A stretch of DNA of 64,000 bases from Marsupella aquatica (taxonomy: Eukaryota; Plantae; Marchantiophyta): positions 25,223,520-25,287,519 of the forward strand of contig OZ316893.1 of NCBI GenBank assembly GCA_973895155.1, written 5' to 3'. The notes beneath the pieces are model-generated. The model worked only from the letters and a program-made list of their open reading frames with translations, was not told where the DNA came from and did not search any database. The number at the start of each line of letters is the position of its first letter. Position 1 is the first letter of the stretch. Of this stretch, positions 27,836 through 40,545 are shown piece after piece. Made by a program: the position numbers and the translations under genes.

Positions 27836-28077
27836 AGGTGAACATTGTGAGTAAATGAGTTGGTCTGCAATTGGATATCAAAGAGAGTAATGGGTTGGTC
27901 CATCTCATAGTTAATAAACAATGTCACCATAGTCATAAATGTCACCATAGTCCATAGTCAAAGATTTTACCATAGTCCAACACCCATAAGGATTTTAGCC
28001 AAAATGATTTCATAAACAGACCATGAGAAAAAAAAAGTACCAGATTGCAAATTATAGTGTTAGATTACGAACATAGA

Positions 28078-28725
28078 AACATATTGGGATTGGGTCTGAA
28101 AGTACCAGTACTTTAGTTGAAAGTAAAACATATTGGGATTGGGTCTGAAAGTACCAGTACTTTAGTTGCTATATGGTGAATTCATCTTTCATATTTTGTC
28201 TTATTTAGAGTTTTGGTGTCATATATTTTTTATTTCAATGTGCCTTATCAAGGGGCAGCCTGTGTATAATATACATTTTTATTTAATTTATGGACTCCTT
28301 TAATTTTAGGATTTTAGGGTATTTTGAACTTATTTTGGCAGCCCCCTTATAAATTTTAATGTTCCCTTATAAATTTTAATGTTTGTGATTTATCAGAGAT
28401 GAACCAAAAGCTCCACCACTTGAACAAAGTATTCTCATGAGTGAGAGAAAGGGTTCTGATTGTGTCTTAAGTTCCCAAAATGTCTTTCTTTCCTAAGTTT
28501 ATGGTTTTTATTGAAATGAGTGTCATTCTTCATGAGGACATTGAATTAAGTGCAGACATTGTAACACCCTTCATTGTACTTTTCATTGGTCACTGTGCAC
28601 CAATCCTTCTAGTTATGTTCTCATATTTTATTTACTTTCAAATCACTACAAGACAAAAACTCAAACATGTTTGAGGATGAGCATGCTATATTGGGATTGG
28701 GTCTGAAAGTACCAGTACTTTAGTT
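28078..28725. repeat. ~38-bp direct repeat, three copies
   Basis: atattgggattgggtctgaaagtaccagtactttagtt at ~28081, ~28130 and ~28689. Confidence 0.85.
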
Positions 28726-29377
28726 ATGTAGTATTTTAGCCCAAAGACCCATTTCCCAATGACCGTTTGGACATTGTTGATATCCCTGATTTTGGAATTT
28801 TGGGTTACAATAGAACTCAAAGTTTTCTAAACTGGTGGCCCAATTCTTAGTCCCCTTGAGACCAATTGTTTTTCTTACCGAACAAGATTAGAAATTATGA
28901 TATTGACAATTGCAAAACTAAACTAACTCATTGAAAATATGAGTGTCTTGTTTCTGTCGCATCTCACTCTCACCTGCAGTATATATCATCTGAGCAACAA
29001 GAGGGTTTCTCAAGAATCATCCTGGGCTGCAAAAGTCCATCCCAGCGTTTGGCAAACGGTTCATCAGTGCTTTAACTTCAGTAAGAGCACAGAAGCCCAT
29101 TGCAGAGTATTGGCAAAGTGGAGGTCAAATTCATTTTTTTGTTGCATAAATTTGCCAAATTCCTCCTCACTCAAAAGTGTTTGACACCTTTGGTGTAAAA
29201 TCACCATTTTTTTAGTCTTTGAATAGTCAATTTCTTACCTAGTCACAAACCCCATTAGCCATAATTCGACAATTATCCCTAAAGCCAGGCAGATCCAAGT
29301 GCTAGAAATGATTCTAGGAAAATTATCTATGTAATATTCTTAGAATCTTCTCCTTTGGACACGGTGATATTTGCCAC

Positions 29378-30423
29378 GAGATATATGCTTGATGGGCCCC
29401 CTGGTGAACCTTTCTTACCTGATGGGCCCCTAGGTAACTTTTTTTACCAAGTAGGACCCCTCTTAATGACCAGTACACCTGTTCTTGTGTGGTGCCTACA
29501 CTTGACCTTGTATGGTGCCTACTATGTACAATGACTCCAGGCAAATTGCACGGTTTAACAGTGCAGCCGACCCTACATGGTTGACCGAGAAACAACAGAG
29601 ATTATTCGGGAGAAACCGCGAAAAGCGATTGCTGTTGTCGAATCTGTGATTCGAAGACAATATGCATTATGCCTTCAGATTCAACAGGTTAATGCCTGAA
29701 GACACAATGGATTATGTCTTCGGGTCCAAATTTTTACCATATCGTGGGGTAGTTATTAGGTATGTTTTTCACGCTGTGCACATGGGTTTTTCACAATGTT
29801 TTCATGCTCGACTGTCAGCGTCAGTGCGGGGTACCTCCAAATGTCCACAAAGAATATTCAAGATCAATGTTCGGAATTCGCCCACTGCCGCCACAACAAA
29901 AATCGGCAAATGATTGACAAATGTGCTCAAAAAATGGTGATACTCCCCTGTGCAATGCATACAAACAATTTCAAAAGAAGACAAACCTGAAGGTGTCGGG
30001 GTACACCCTAAACCCTAAACCTTGAAACACGGGAAGACATAATCCATTGTGTCTTCAGGCATTAACCCATTGAATCCAAAGACATAATGCATATTGTCTT
30101 CAAATCACAGTTTCAACAGCGGCAGTCGCTTTTTGCGGTTTCTCCCGAATAATCTCCATAGTTTCTCAGTCAACCATGCAAGGTCGGCCGCACGGTTCAA
30201 CCATGCAGTTTGCCTGGAGTCACTGTACATAGTAGGCACCACACAAGGACAGGTGTAGGCACCACACAAGAAGAAGTGTACTGGTCATTAAGAGGGGTCC
30301 TACTTGGTAAAAACAATTACCTAGGGGCCCATCATTAAGAGGGGTCCTACTTGGTAAAAACAATTACCTAGGGGCCCATCAGGTAAGAAAGGTTCATAGG
30401 GGGGCCATCAAGCATATATCTCC
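29378..30423. mobile_element. Non-autonomous Mutator-like (MULE/foldback) element with ~345-bp TIRs
   Basis: Left arm gagatatatgcttgatgggcccc...ggattatgtcttc (29378-~29720) is the reverse complement of the right arm (~30034-30423). 9-bp TSD atttgccac / gtttgccac (29369-29377 and 30424-30432). The right arm carries a ~48-bp internal tandem duplication. Confidence 0.85.
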
Positions 30424-31324
30424 GTTTGCCACCCTTGCAAAAAAGGAAAACTAATATTTATTAAGTTCTCACTCTTTTTTAATCTAAATATAGACTTTGC
30501 CATTATTTCTAGTTTAAGTGCTACATTACCATCTTTTGGGTAAGAAAATCTACATATATAATACTGGATCCCGCCAAAAGTCGTCAATTGTCCCCTTACA
30601 AAATGAGATTTGGTGGGAACATTGGGTCACCATTGGATTTATGTTATCCTTTATTCTCACCTTTGATCAGAATGAGTGTAACCAAAGCAAACAAGACAAT
30701 AAGGTCCCTAGTGTAGGTGGTAACTAGGTGATAATAATTGTGAGTGAACACCTAGCAGGTACTACAGCATAATTTTTTGTCACATATGAATATTTAATAG
30801 TCTATACAATCGTTAGATGTGAAAATAGTTTGTGCTATTGGAAGGAAATAGATGTATAATTAGAAATACTCTCCAGCTAAATGGGTTTAGATGATTTTGA
30901 ACAATATATTTATTAGTGGGAAGGGAAATTTGCAGTTTTTTTTTCTTTCTCAAAAAGCTAAAATTTGATTTTCCCTTTTAATGTATCTTTCATGTAATGA
31001 TAGGGGGAAAGGAGTGTCTCCCATATAATACCCTATTCTACCAAGAAGATGAAATAGTTATTTTCCAAACTCATAAAAAAAATGGGAATCAATCTTAGAC
31101 CTTTATCAAAACATTGTTTTTTTTACACTGTCAGATCTATCCATACACACCATTTCCAATAAATGTCTACCCTAACTACAATTTAGCCTGCCTGCACCTA
31201 CCCAAGATAATAACTTAACTTTAAATAATCAACTTGATTTATATTTAGAAAAATGGGGATAAAATTTTTAATTTTTTTAAATGGAATGTAAATAAAGCAC
31301 CAAAAATGCTTATTTCTCTACAAA

Positions 31325-31979
31325 TTGAAAACCTTCATTAAAAAACACATTTTTTACTGTCACTTGGTTAGACTCTATGATGCGGTGGTCGCTATCTTGC
31401 TTCTCCAATTTTTATGTGCAACACGAGTTACAAAACAACCACAACAAGAATTTGCACCAATACCAACAACTACATGTCAAAGCTCTTTTATATGTCTCCT
31501 TAGCATCTTTTTTCACTTGCACATACTTTTCTAACTTTTACATATGTATTGCTTTTCAACATCTTTTTCTCATTTCGCCATTTTTCTCACATTCACATCT
31601 TTACCTCACCATGACATTTTTTCCTCACTTGACATATTTTCTCCCCTCGGTATCTTTTTCTCTCCTCCACATCTTCTCTCACCTTGACATCTTTATCTCA
31701 CTGCGACATCTTTCCCTTATGCTCAACATTTCTTTCCTCAACATATTTTCCTCATTTTTACATTTTTTTTCACTTTGCCATCATTTCTCTCCCCAACAAT
31801 TTTTCTTCACCTCGACTTCTTTTTCTCTCATCGACGTATTTTTTCATCTCAACACCCTTTCCTCACCTCAACTTCTTTTTCCCTCCTCAACTTCCTTTTT
31901 TCTCATCGACATCTTTTTTTATCATAACATCTTTTCCTCACCTCAACATCTTTTGTGCAACGCACAGGCATGGGGCTAG
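31325..31979 (+). mobile_element. 3' part of a non-autonomous Helitron, with pyrimidine-rich low-complexity interior; 5' end uncertain
   Basis: Hairpin tgtgc-aac-gcaca (31954-31966) followed 9 nt later by CTAG|T (31976-31980), the canonical Helitron 3' terminus. Start coordinate is approximate; a possible 5' end is A|TCTAAATATAG at ~30483. Confidence 0.6.
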
Positions 31980-32928
31980 TGAACTATAATTAGCTTGAAA
32001 TAATTCAATAGTCAACAGGTTTCACCATTGGATGGTAGTCCATGTTCTCTACCCTAACCACAGCACCCTTCCGAACCTTGGCATTGGGTTGGGTCTCTTA
32101 CTCGAATATAGGAAAGCTCGAAGGGGTCGCCTGAAAACTGTGGGCGTCGGGAGGCGGATGTCTCGGGCTCGGCTCTTGAGCTGGGGCTGGGGCAGAGCCT
32201 CCCCTTGTTGCCGACCTGATCTTCTTCTTTTGGTTGGTTAGCTCACTCCTGGTTGAGGGTGAGAGAGGTTGAGCTGAACTTGACGGCAAAGATGATCTCA
32301 TTGATGATGAAAAACTTCCAAGATGTTCACCATTGGATTGTTCTAAACAAACCAGGGTTGCTTTGCTTAACCAGTGTTAAAAAGGTGGCAATGTTGTGAC
32401 AAAACTGAAAAGAGAGGCAATATAATAGGGCATGTCAAACCAACTTTTTCCAGATATTTTCTGTCAGCTGTTACAAGAAGATATTGTGTGTGACCCTGAC
32501 CAAAACCCAACTTGTGGGCAAACTTAATCCAAGGGGTTCATGGTTTGAGATGGGTCACAACACCTGCCCACATCATTGTTGTTTTCTGAATACTTTTTTT
32601 GGTTTTAAGGGGAAATCAGTGAAACCCCACAAAAGGGAGGCAACAACAATCAGTTTGAACCCAAGATCGATGATTGAGTCCCTACTCAAGTGAGCTACCA
32701 CTCAGCCATGTCTGCTTTGGCACATCATTGTTACTTTGATGAAGGGCGCCAACACATTAGCGGTGGACTGATTTATTGTAGGGGCGCCTGTGCAATGATC
32801 ACCCGAGTTAGTGACAATAGCATTCTTTCAAAAACCACTGACACATTTTTTACCATCACCATCCCAGTCAAGGGGGATCTTGTGGAGCAGGTTTGAGGCA
32901 CCCTAAGAGGTGTCTCACCCCTGTGAGT

Positions 32929-33186
32929 TTTGCCTCCTGTCTCGGTCAAGGTAGATTTCCCAAACCTACAGTGACGGACACGAAAAAGCTTCTCCACACA
33001 CTCATGACCGAAGACCAGAACTGGTACTTTTGGGCCAAATAGGTGTCTCAAACCATGAAGTTTGCGGGAAACAAATTTGGCCTCATACCACCAGTTCCAG
33101 TCTCTTGTCAGGAGTGTGCGGACATGCATTTTCATGTCCGCCACCTTTTTCCCGGGAATTTGCTTGACCGTGACCCGAGGCAGAAA
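32929..33186. mobile_element. Possible degenerate MITE (imperfect ~33-bp inverted repeats)
   Basis: tttgcctcctgtctcggtcaaggtagatttccc pairs imperfectly with gggaatttgcttgaccgtgacccgaggcagaa. No clear TSD. Confidence 0.4.
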
Positions 33187-34990
33187 GAAAATATTTGAGA
33201 TGCCCTAATATAACCAGTATGTGGGTCCAGCTGGGATTTTCTACCACCATGCATGTCTATCATTGTTTAAGTACCCTCTCCATTAGAACATTGCCTTATC
33301 ACAACACTGCCCACAACATTGCCAAAAGAATTACATAGAAATTCATATATATATATATTTATATATATATATTTATTTTAATGTGTCAAGTGAACAGTTG
33401 CAACCCTTCAATTAATAAATTTTTGATTCATAGAAAGAGTAAGTCAGGTTTCATTTACTTATTCTCTTTTTCCCACATTGATTGATTGATCTTCAGCATC
33501 TTCCTATGCAAATCAAGGTATGCCCATCAATAATCTTCCAAATGTCTGAAAATTATGGATGTTGATTGAACATATCATGATGGATGTGTGCCTTGCTCAG
33601 TCCAGAAAATATGACTGACTTGATTTTGAATTTGTTTATTGACTTCATTATTGTTTATGTGGGAGTTGAGAGACAAATGTGGCTTCATTGGTCCTGAACC
33701 TTTGGCGGTTATGACTGGATTGACTAACAATGCTCATGGTGGAATATTGGTTGGTATTTTGCAGAGCTTCTCAATTTGCTGAGGTTGTTGATAATATTAG
33801 AGATGTTGCTAACAAGATTACATCTGATCGAAAGCTATTTGTGGGGACTCTTCTTCACAAGCTTTGTGTGATGTGACTGTAATTAAATAGGTGTTAATAA
33901 ACATTGTTTGAGAGTGGACCAAAAATGAACAATCCTTTCTTTTGTTGGTCTGAATTTTGGAGATTTGAGGGCTAGTTTCAATTGGATTCGTACCCTCACA
34001 TTTTCTTCAGGTTCTATCGATAAGAAAAGTATCTTTGCACTAGTCATGCTTCCCTAGAATATACCTTTATTCTCACTATGAGGCCCCTCAAGAAAGAACT
34101 CATTTTTGTTGGCTGCATGCTTTGGGCAGGGATATTAATTAGGGCGTGGGAAGATGTGAGGGTTTAGATGAAATAAATGTTCTAGATGAGGAGAATACCC
34201 TTCTATTAATAGATGTTTGCACCTCTCAGGAAATTATGAATCAAAAATGTCACAACTTAAGGCATTCTGATACACACATCCACAAGGGTCGGTGTATTGT
34301 TTGACCCCAATTGTGACCTTAACATCAATAAATTGCAAACTGTTGTCATTTCAAATAAAATTATCATTTCTATCAGCTGGACTCTACAATTGGCATTACT
34401 TGTTTTGTGGGTACAAATAACATTTGAGGAAGGTGAGTATTGGGATTAATTTAGGGTTAAGATGGGACAACATTTCCTGGATGGCCATAATCATAAAGGT
34501 TAGCAAAGTAATTTCATTGTTAATTTACACTCAGGCTGTGTGGTATATTGTAGACTATCTTTCAACTTTTGCTTTACAATTTGATTGGCATTTTGGGCTT
34601 TGTTTGCCTATTGTGCCCCCCTTCCAAAATAGTAATTATTTTTTTCTAAATATTTGCAAAAGGCCTGAACAAATGAGTCAAGATATGGTTGGGTTTTAGT
34701 CAACCCACCATTTCTTTGTTAACATGTTTTAGACAAACCCATATGTACTATCCAATTGCTCACCTGGCCTCCTTAATTTGTGTGTGAGGGCTCTTCCCAT
34801 CTTTGCTAGCCTACTAACGCCATCCAATTCAACCATAAAAGAGCTTTGGACGAAAGTTTTCTCTAACCTGCTCCCCAAACTGATATACGCAAACAATATT
34901 CAGAACCAACATTGTACATCTATGGGGGCTTTTCTTCAGGGTTCCAAGAACACTAGAGAAAATTAGACTCCATATTCCTATATATAACAT

Positions 34991-35270
34991 TGACAAGATG
35001 CTTAGATGGGCTCATAAAACCAGATTATCAGGGTTCTATGATTCCATAGGGGCATCTTGTCAACCTTTGTGTCTATGAGTGATAATCCACTCATCAAACT
35101 ATGCTCTTTAACACAATTTATAATTTCTATACTTACTTTTGACAAGATGCTTACATGGACTCATAGCACCAAATTTTCCCCGTGCTGCGATTCCATGGGG
35201 GCATGTTGTCAAACCTTTGTGTCGATGGGTGATAATACACACATCAAACTATGCTCCATAGCACAATTTA
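34991..35270. repeat. ~149-bp period diverged tandem duplication
   Basis: tgacaagatgctta.atgg.ctcata...catcaaactatgctc..ta.cacaattta at ~34991 and ~35140. Confidence 0.8.
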
Positions 35271-38200
35271 GGGGTATTTGGTTGCCCGTTTGGTTGATGG
35301 CCCCCCAAAAGAAAAGTGTTGCTCCATAGTACCCCTGAGTGATCCAAACCCTTGATTGACCATGATAGAGTTTCAATCAATGTTCCCCAAAACTCAAGAG
35401 TCCTATCAAGTAACATTGTTCTCTTGACAGAGGGCCTTTGTGTTATTGTTGGGTCCGATTGTGCCCATCAGAGTTTCCAGAACCATTCTTTAGGTCTATG
35501 AGGGCTTTTCTCTAGGGTTTCGAGATCCAGAAACTCCTTCTCAGGAATCTGAGCAGCCGTATCTTTTCTTGATTTTGTGCTCGATTTTTGCTATTCCTTG
35601 TTTTTGTGTTTGCTTCATTGAAATTGGAGCTCATTGTTCTCTTCATGGTCTACTACTGCACTATCTAAATTTTCTGTAGTTCGTTTGTTATAAAGTTTGC
35701 GCCTCAAGTGTCTGTGGAATCTCCATTGAATTCCGGTATTGACTAGAGCAGAATCATCACCGCCGGTTTCAAGGGGATTATGCTGACCGTGCCTTTCAAC
35801 TTTCAATGGAAAAGCGGGCTGACCTATAGCCTACATCGTGCGCCTATAGTCATACACCCTACAAGCAAACTCTATAAGTTTTGTCTCGTACTGTGAGAAT
35901 ACTGCTCTGTATCAATTGTATGATTGTGCGAAGAGCATTTTTGGAATGGAATGATCCATCAAAAAGTTATTGGATGGTTGAAAGTCTACCTTCCTGCGCT
36001 ACATCTCTACGATGCACCAACATAGGGTTCACTCAAACCTATAGTTGTCATCCTACTCTTTTTTATGATTATCCTCAAGTCCAGTGGAAAAGGGAGGGCT
36101 ATTGTTCTTCTCGGGCTATCCTATCGGGAATCCTAATTGGAAATCTATGATCCATGCAATTGATCAAAATCTACTATTGACAAGTTTAAGACCGATTTCA
36201 GCCTCGACGCAATGAACCTCAATCTCCTTGTTGTACGCTTTATATAATATATCGTTTTGTGGTTTTAACTTTACGACTAGCTTCCATTGGCTCCCGTTGA
36301 ATTCCAGTAGATCCTTAGTGGAAATTTGTCTAACGTGTGGACAATTGAATCTCTATGTTTCCTCACACCTCCAGTGTCTGAACTTCCTATATGTTTGATC
36401 GGTGTTGCTGCTCCGGGTGCTGCTCCCTCAACGGATGAGAGTGCTAATATTTCTGACTGTGCAGTGCTATCTGGACTGCATCTGAGCTATCTCCGACAGT
36501 CCTCAAATTATTTTTGACTCGAAGTCTAGCCCTGAATATAAGTTGAACTTGCATGTGAGTATCACTTATTCGAGAGTACCTAGTGCGTTAGTTAGGGTCG
36601 AAAGTCAGTGCCTTCAAATTAAATGGCTTGGAAACTTAAGAACCTGGCAAGGTATTCCCAATACAGAATCTAATGACATAGACTCATATTTCAAAAAGTT
36701 GTTGTTGATTGTTTCCGAAGTGACTTCATTCATAAGTGAATGAAATTAAACATCGCTTGAAACGGTGTTGGAATACTATGTCATTGGAGTGACATAATTG
36801 AACTTAATTTAACACCAGTTGACCAGCTCTGCTGTACCTGTTGCACAACACTTACCTAGGTGCACAGTTTCCGCCATCAACTAATAATTTTGAATTGATA
36901 GCAACTGTGGATAGTCCTGGCTTGTGAGAGGCTGTCAGCTTTCCAATGAACCATGTGTGACCAACTTAGCAGAATTGCAGAAAGAGTACATATATTACCC
37001 GCGATGGAAGAGGATTTGCCGCTCATTACAGTTAGTTTGGGATCAAGGGAATGACAAATGGTCATGGAGGGTTCAATCAGTAGTGCTTACTTACGCATAC
37101 ATAAGGCCTTTCCAATTACTTGCAGCAGGCAAGGGTTTACTGCTTGTGAAAGGGTTCATGTAATTGTTTGTGCTACTTACTTAAGTTCTCTTCAAAGCAC
37201 CGTCTTCACGCCCAATTGGGATCAGAGCACTCTCTGGTCAATCGTTTGTGTTTATTGCCCAGGTAAACAGCTACAGTAGTGACTGTAGCTAGCTACTGAA
37301 TGTCTTTATACAGTAGAGTTAACTAGAATTTTTCTCGCTCAATAGAGTGGCTCCATAGAAATTGTCAACCAGCATATATTGCAGTAGTGTGAACATCAGA
37401 GAACATTAGACAGCGGCAATGCCGTCTGGGAAAACATCTCTTCAATTCTCCTTTAGTGAGCACCGATCCTGTACAGTCAAGTGCATTCCGGCGACCGTCC
37501 ACTTTAGCAACCTGCTCAACTTCCCGTTGGAAGCCATTGCTGGGAAGGAGAACAAAATCACGTCATACGGTCCGAAAAGAGTACTGCTTGGGAGCTTCAA
37601 ATTGGCAAACACGCTATAAATCCTGATCGCTTTGCTGTCATCGAACTGTTTGTTTGGGGAGCAGGTTAATGAATATGCACTAGAGTTTTGCATATATGCG
37701 GTTTGAATATCGCACCTGGCTACACTAGAGGAAGACAACAAAATATGATTGAGCTAAGATTTGGCATACACCTTTGTGACAGGTAGCTGCACTAGGGGAT
37801 GACAACAAAACGTGGTTGAAGCTAAGGCTTGGCATGCATACACCTATATTACAGGTATTTGCATGTGTATCAGTCAAGGGATGCTTTATCGTGCAGTTTG
37901 AGTTTCTTGTGGTCAATAGTACATTGACTAGGGCTTTGAAGAAGGGCTCTCTGCTAAGGAAGAGAGAGGAAGTGTCCATGGCAGTGTACTCACAGCCATT
38001 GCAATAGGCATTAATTTTGTATGTCTTTTATATCCCGTTCAATCCATCCTTGGTTGTGTGGTCTATGGAAAATAACCTAACCTTTTTTGGGTATCATGTT
38101 TCTAAGTTTTTTGTGTTATCCACTTGCAGATTGTGGACAACCTTGAAAGTTGGAACTTTATGAGAGGAAATAGACCTTTTGCTACGAGGCACATTTACTC

Positions 38201-38289
38201 TTCTCCTTCATACAAACAGCGCCAAGAAAGTAAGTATATCATGAGCCCCCCGTTGGAGAAGAAAGTCTTGTCCTTGAAATAACAAAATA

Positions 38290-38620
38290 CATGTTTGAAA
38301 AAATTCTAAAACTTAGTTACAAATCAAGGCATTTTGGTACACACATCCGAAAGGGTCAGTGTACTGTTTGACCTCAGTTGTAACTTTACAAACCTAAAAA
38401 ATATGTTTGAAAAAACTATGAAAAGTTACAAACTAAGGCATTCCGGTACACACATCCAAAAGGGTCGGTGTACTGTTTGACCCGAGTTGTAACTTTACAA
38501 ACCTAAAAATATATGTTTGAATTTTTTTTTAAACTTACAAATTAAAGCATTCTTGTACACACATCTGTAAAAGTTGGCGTCTTGTTTGACCCAAGTTGTA
38601 ACTTTATGAACTTAATAATT
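38290..38620. repeat. ~110-118-bp minisatellite, ~3 copies, inside the putative intron of the dioxygenase gene
   Basis: gcatt..ggtacacacatc..aaagggtc.gtgtactgtttgacc..agttgtaacttta at ~38328, ~38437 and ~38547. Confidence 0.85.
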
Positions 38621-39186
38621 TTTGTTTTCTTGCAGATGGTCAAACGAAAAAAAACTCACCTGATTGAAAATAAATGTGAAGCATGGGAAGATGATTTCTC
38701 TGTTAATTTATTTGTTCAAATTTGGGTATACTTGAGAAAATTGCACCTTGGAAAAGAAAGGCACTGTATTGGATTCTAAGAGACGAAAAAGTTCTTGTAC
38801 TTTTTGTTACAAAAGTACTCAATATCACGCTCAATAGATCCTCAAAGTTTTCCAAAGCTATACTTTGGAATGGGTAATAATAAAAATTGCAAGGAAAGAC
38901 AAAATGAAGTTCCTGTGTTCTGTCCGGATACATGGAAAGAAATTGATGAATTTTTTCCAATCATCAATGTAGGTTGAACTTACCAAAACCCATACGTCAG
39001 TTCATTGGAATGTTTTCTCACTATACTCAAAGAAAACTTCAAACTATGAGAAAAGTTCAAGAAACCTCTTGTGCTACAAGTAGTTTTTTTTTTCTAAAGT
39101 AGAAGTAACTGCCCATCGTATCTCTTCCTCTCGTGTTGCACATTACAAAGGGTGCATCCTTGGAACATGGAATGGTAAGAAGACTA

Positions 39187-39571
39187 CACTGTTCACCGTA
39201 ATTAGTGTTATGCAAGAATTAGTGTTAGTAAAAAATTAGTGTTACTAACACTAATTTTGGTAAAAATGATTTTGAGTCCAAGTAACACTAATTTTTGTCG
39301 GTTTTCAAAACGAATTTTTTTCAGTTTAGTTTAAATTGCTTGTAAAAAATGGATGATCTCTAGTCCAAAGTAACACTAATTGTTGTGGATTTTTTTTACT
39401 AGTTTTTTTCTTTGTATTTTGCCACTTTTAAGACCATAGTAACACTAATTCATGTGCGTGAAAATAGTGTTAGCACAAAATTAGTGTGACTAACACTAAT
39501 TCGTGAGTAGACCCTGAAAATGGGCACTCTCGAATTAGTGTTAGTCACACTAATTACGGTGAATGTCAGTG
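39187..39571. mobile_element. MITE family A, copy 2 (TA TSD), inserted in the dioxygenase coding region
   Basis: TA|cactgttcaccgtaattagtgtt ... acactaattacggtgaa(tgt)cagtg|TA; same family as 5615-5963. Confidence 0.88.
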
Positions 39572-40545
39572 TAGTTCTTCCTCTGCTAATGCTGGGTTTA
39601 TATTTAGGGACTTCCCTAATGATTTTGTGGTTATGGACAAAACCCATAACTGTACATATTTTTACGATAGGTCAGGATCCAAGCCTTATCTTATAGCAGT
39701 GGTTGTACGCCACCAAAAACTATCATGTGAAACTATGAGTTTCATTCGAAGTTTATTAGTTTCCTTATTTGATTCACATTACGAGATTAAAAGGGGAAAA
39801 AACAAGGCATCATTCGAGAGTTACATGACAAGATTTGGTCCTTTTGATAATCCATACAAGTCCAAAAGAGTATCTTTTTATACTCACAAAACAAAAATCA
39901 GGCATCTCTTAGCAGACTGTGCACCATCCATGACTTCCGCTTTTGAGGATTTAGTTGATAAGTACTCTCATCTTGAGCTTGTCAACATCATTTTGGCTCT
40001 CTAGATGTGGTGGTGCCCTACAGTGTTGGAAAGTTATTTCAAATACTCCCACCCATCTCTTGCTCCTGAAGACCACGATATGTCATTTTTTGAGAAAGAA
40101 TTGGAAAGTAAAGGGCCAAGCTCTTATCAACTTTACATCAGCAAAGATTTCTGCACCAAAATGCACAAAGATGAAGACATGGCAGAGTTTACATTATGTT
40201 ATGCTAGTCATCCAGATTCAACAATTTTGCCAATCGATTTTGTGATTCCTGAATATGGAATGCATCTGGGAATTGAAGATGGCAACCTCTTTGCTTTCCG
40301 TAGTGATATTGTACATGGCACGGCATACAGGAGCTCAACTAGTAATGCCGCTTATGTAGGTGCTCTTACGATAAATAAAAAACTGGATAGATTGTTACAA
40401 AGGAATCATAGAAATACTTAAATTTGTTAGATTGTACATCCACTTATAAATCTTTCAAAAATGATTTCTTTGTAGTCTCTAGTAGTGATCATCAAAACTT
40501 AACATTGCTAGACCTTTACAAATGATTAAAAACATTTTTTTCAGT

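Larger units (their letters stand above)
38131..40421 (+). pseudogene. Disrupted 2OG-Fe(II) dioxygenase gene with TET/JBP-like motifs
   Basis: C-terminal ORF has SYQLYISKDFCTKM-HKD-ED (His codon at 40164), DFVIPEYGMHLGIEDGNLFAFRSDIV-HGT (His codon at 40314) and VGALTINKKL. ORFs 39627-40004 and 40005-40421 share a frame and are separated by one TAG. Removing the MITE at 39187-39571 plus one TA reopens the frame (..LGTWNGKKT|SSSSANAGFIFRDFPNDFVVMDK..). Upstream candidate exons: ttgcag|38131-38229|gtaagt and ttgcag|38637. Confidence 0.65.

Noticed and set aside
31377-31979. 200-aa F/S/L/H-rich ORF resembling a membrane protein
   Set aside because: Artefact of a G-poor low-complexity repeat that cannot easily form stop codons; it ends at the Helitron-like CTAG.
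35800-37750. Possible decayed F-box/kelch-like gene (LLAAGKGLLLV peptide at ~37115-37150)
   Set aside because: Only one weak motif, many stops in all frames and no F-box motif recognised; cannot be supported without a search.
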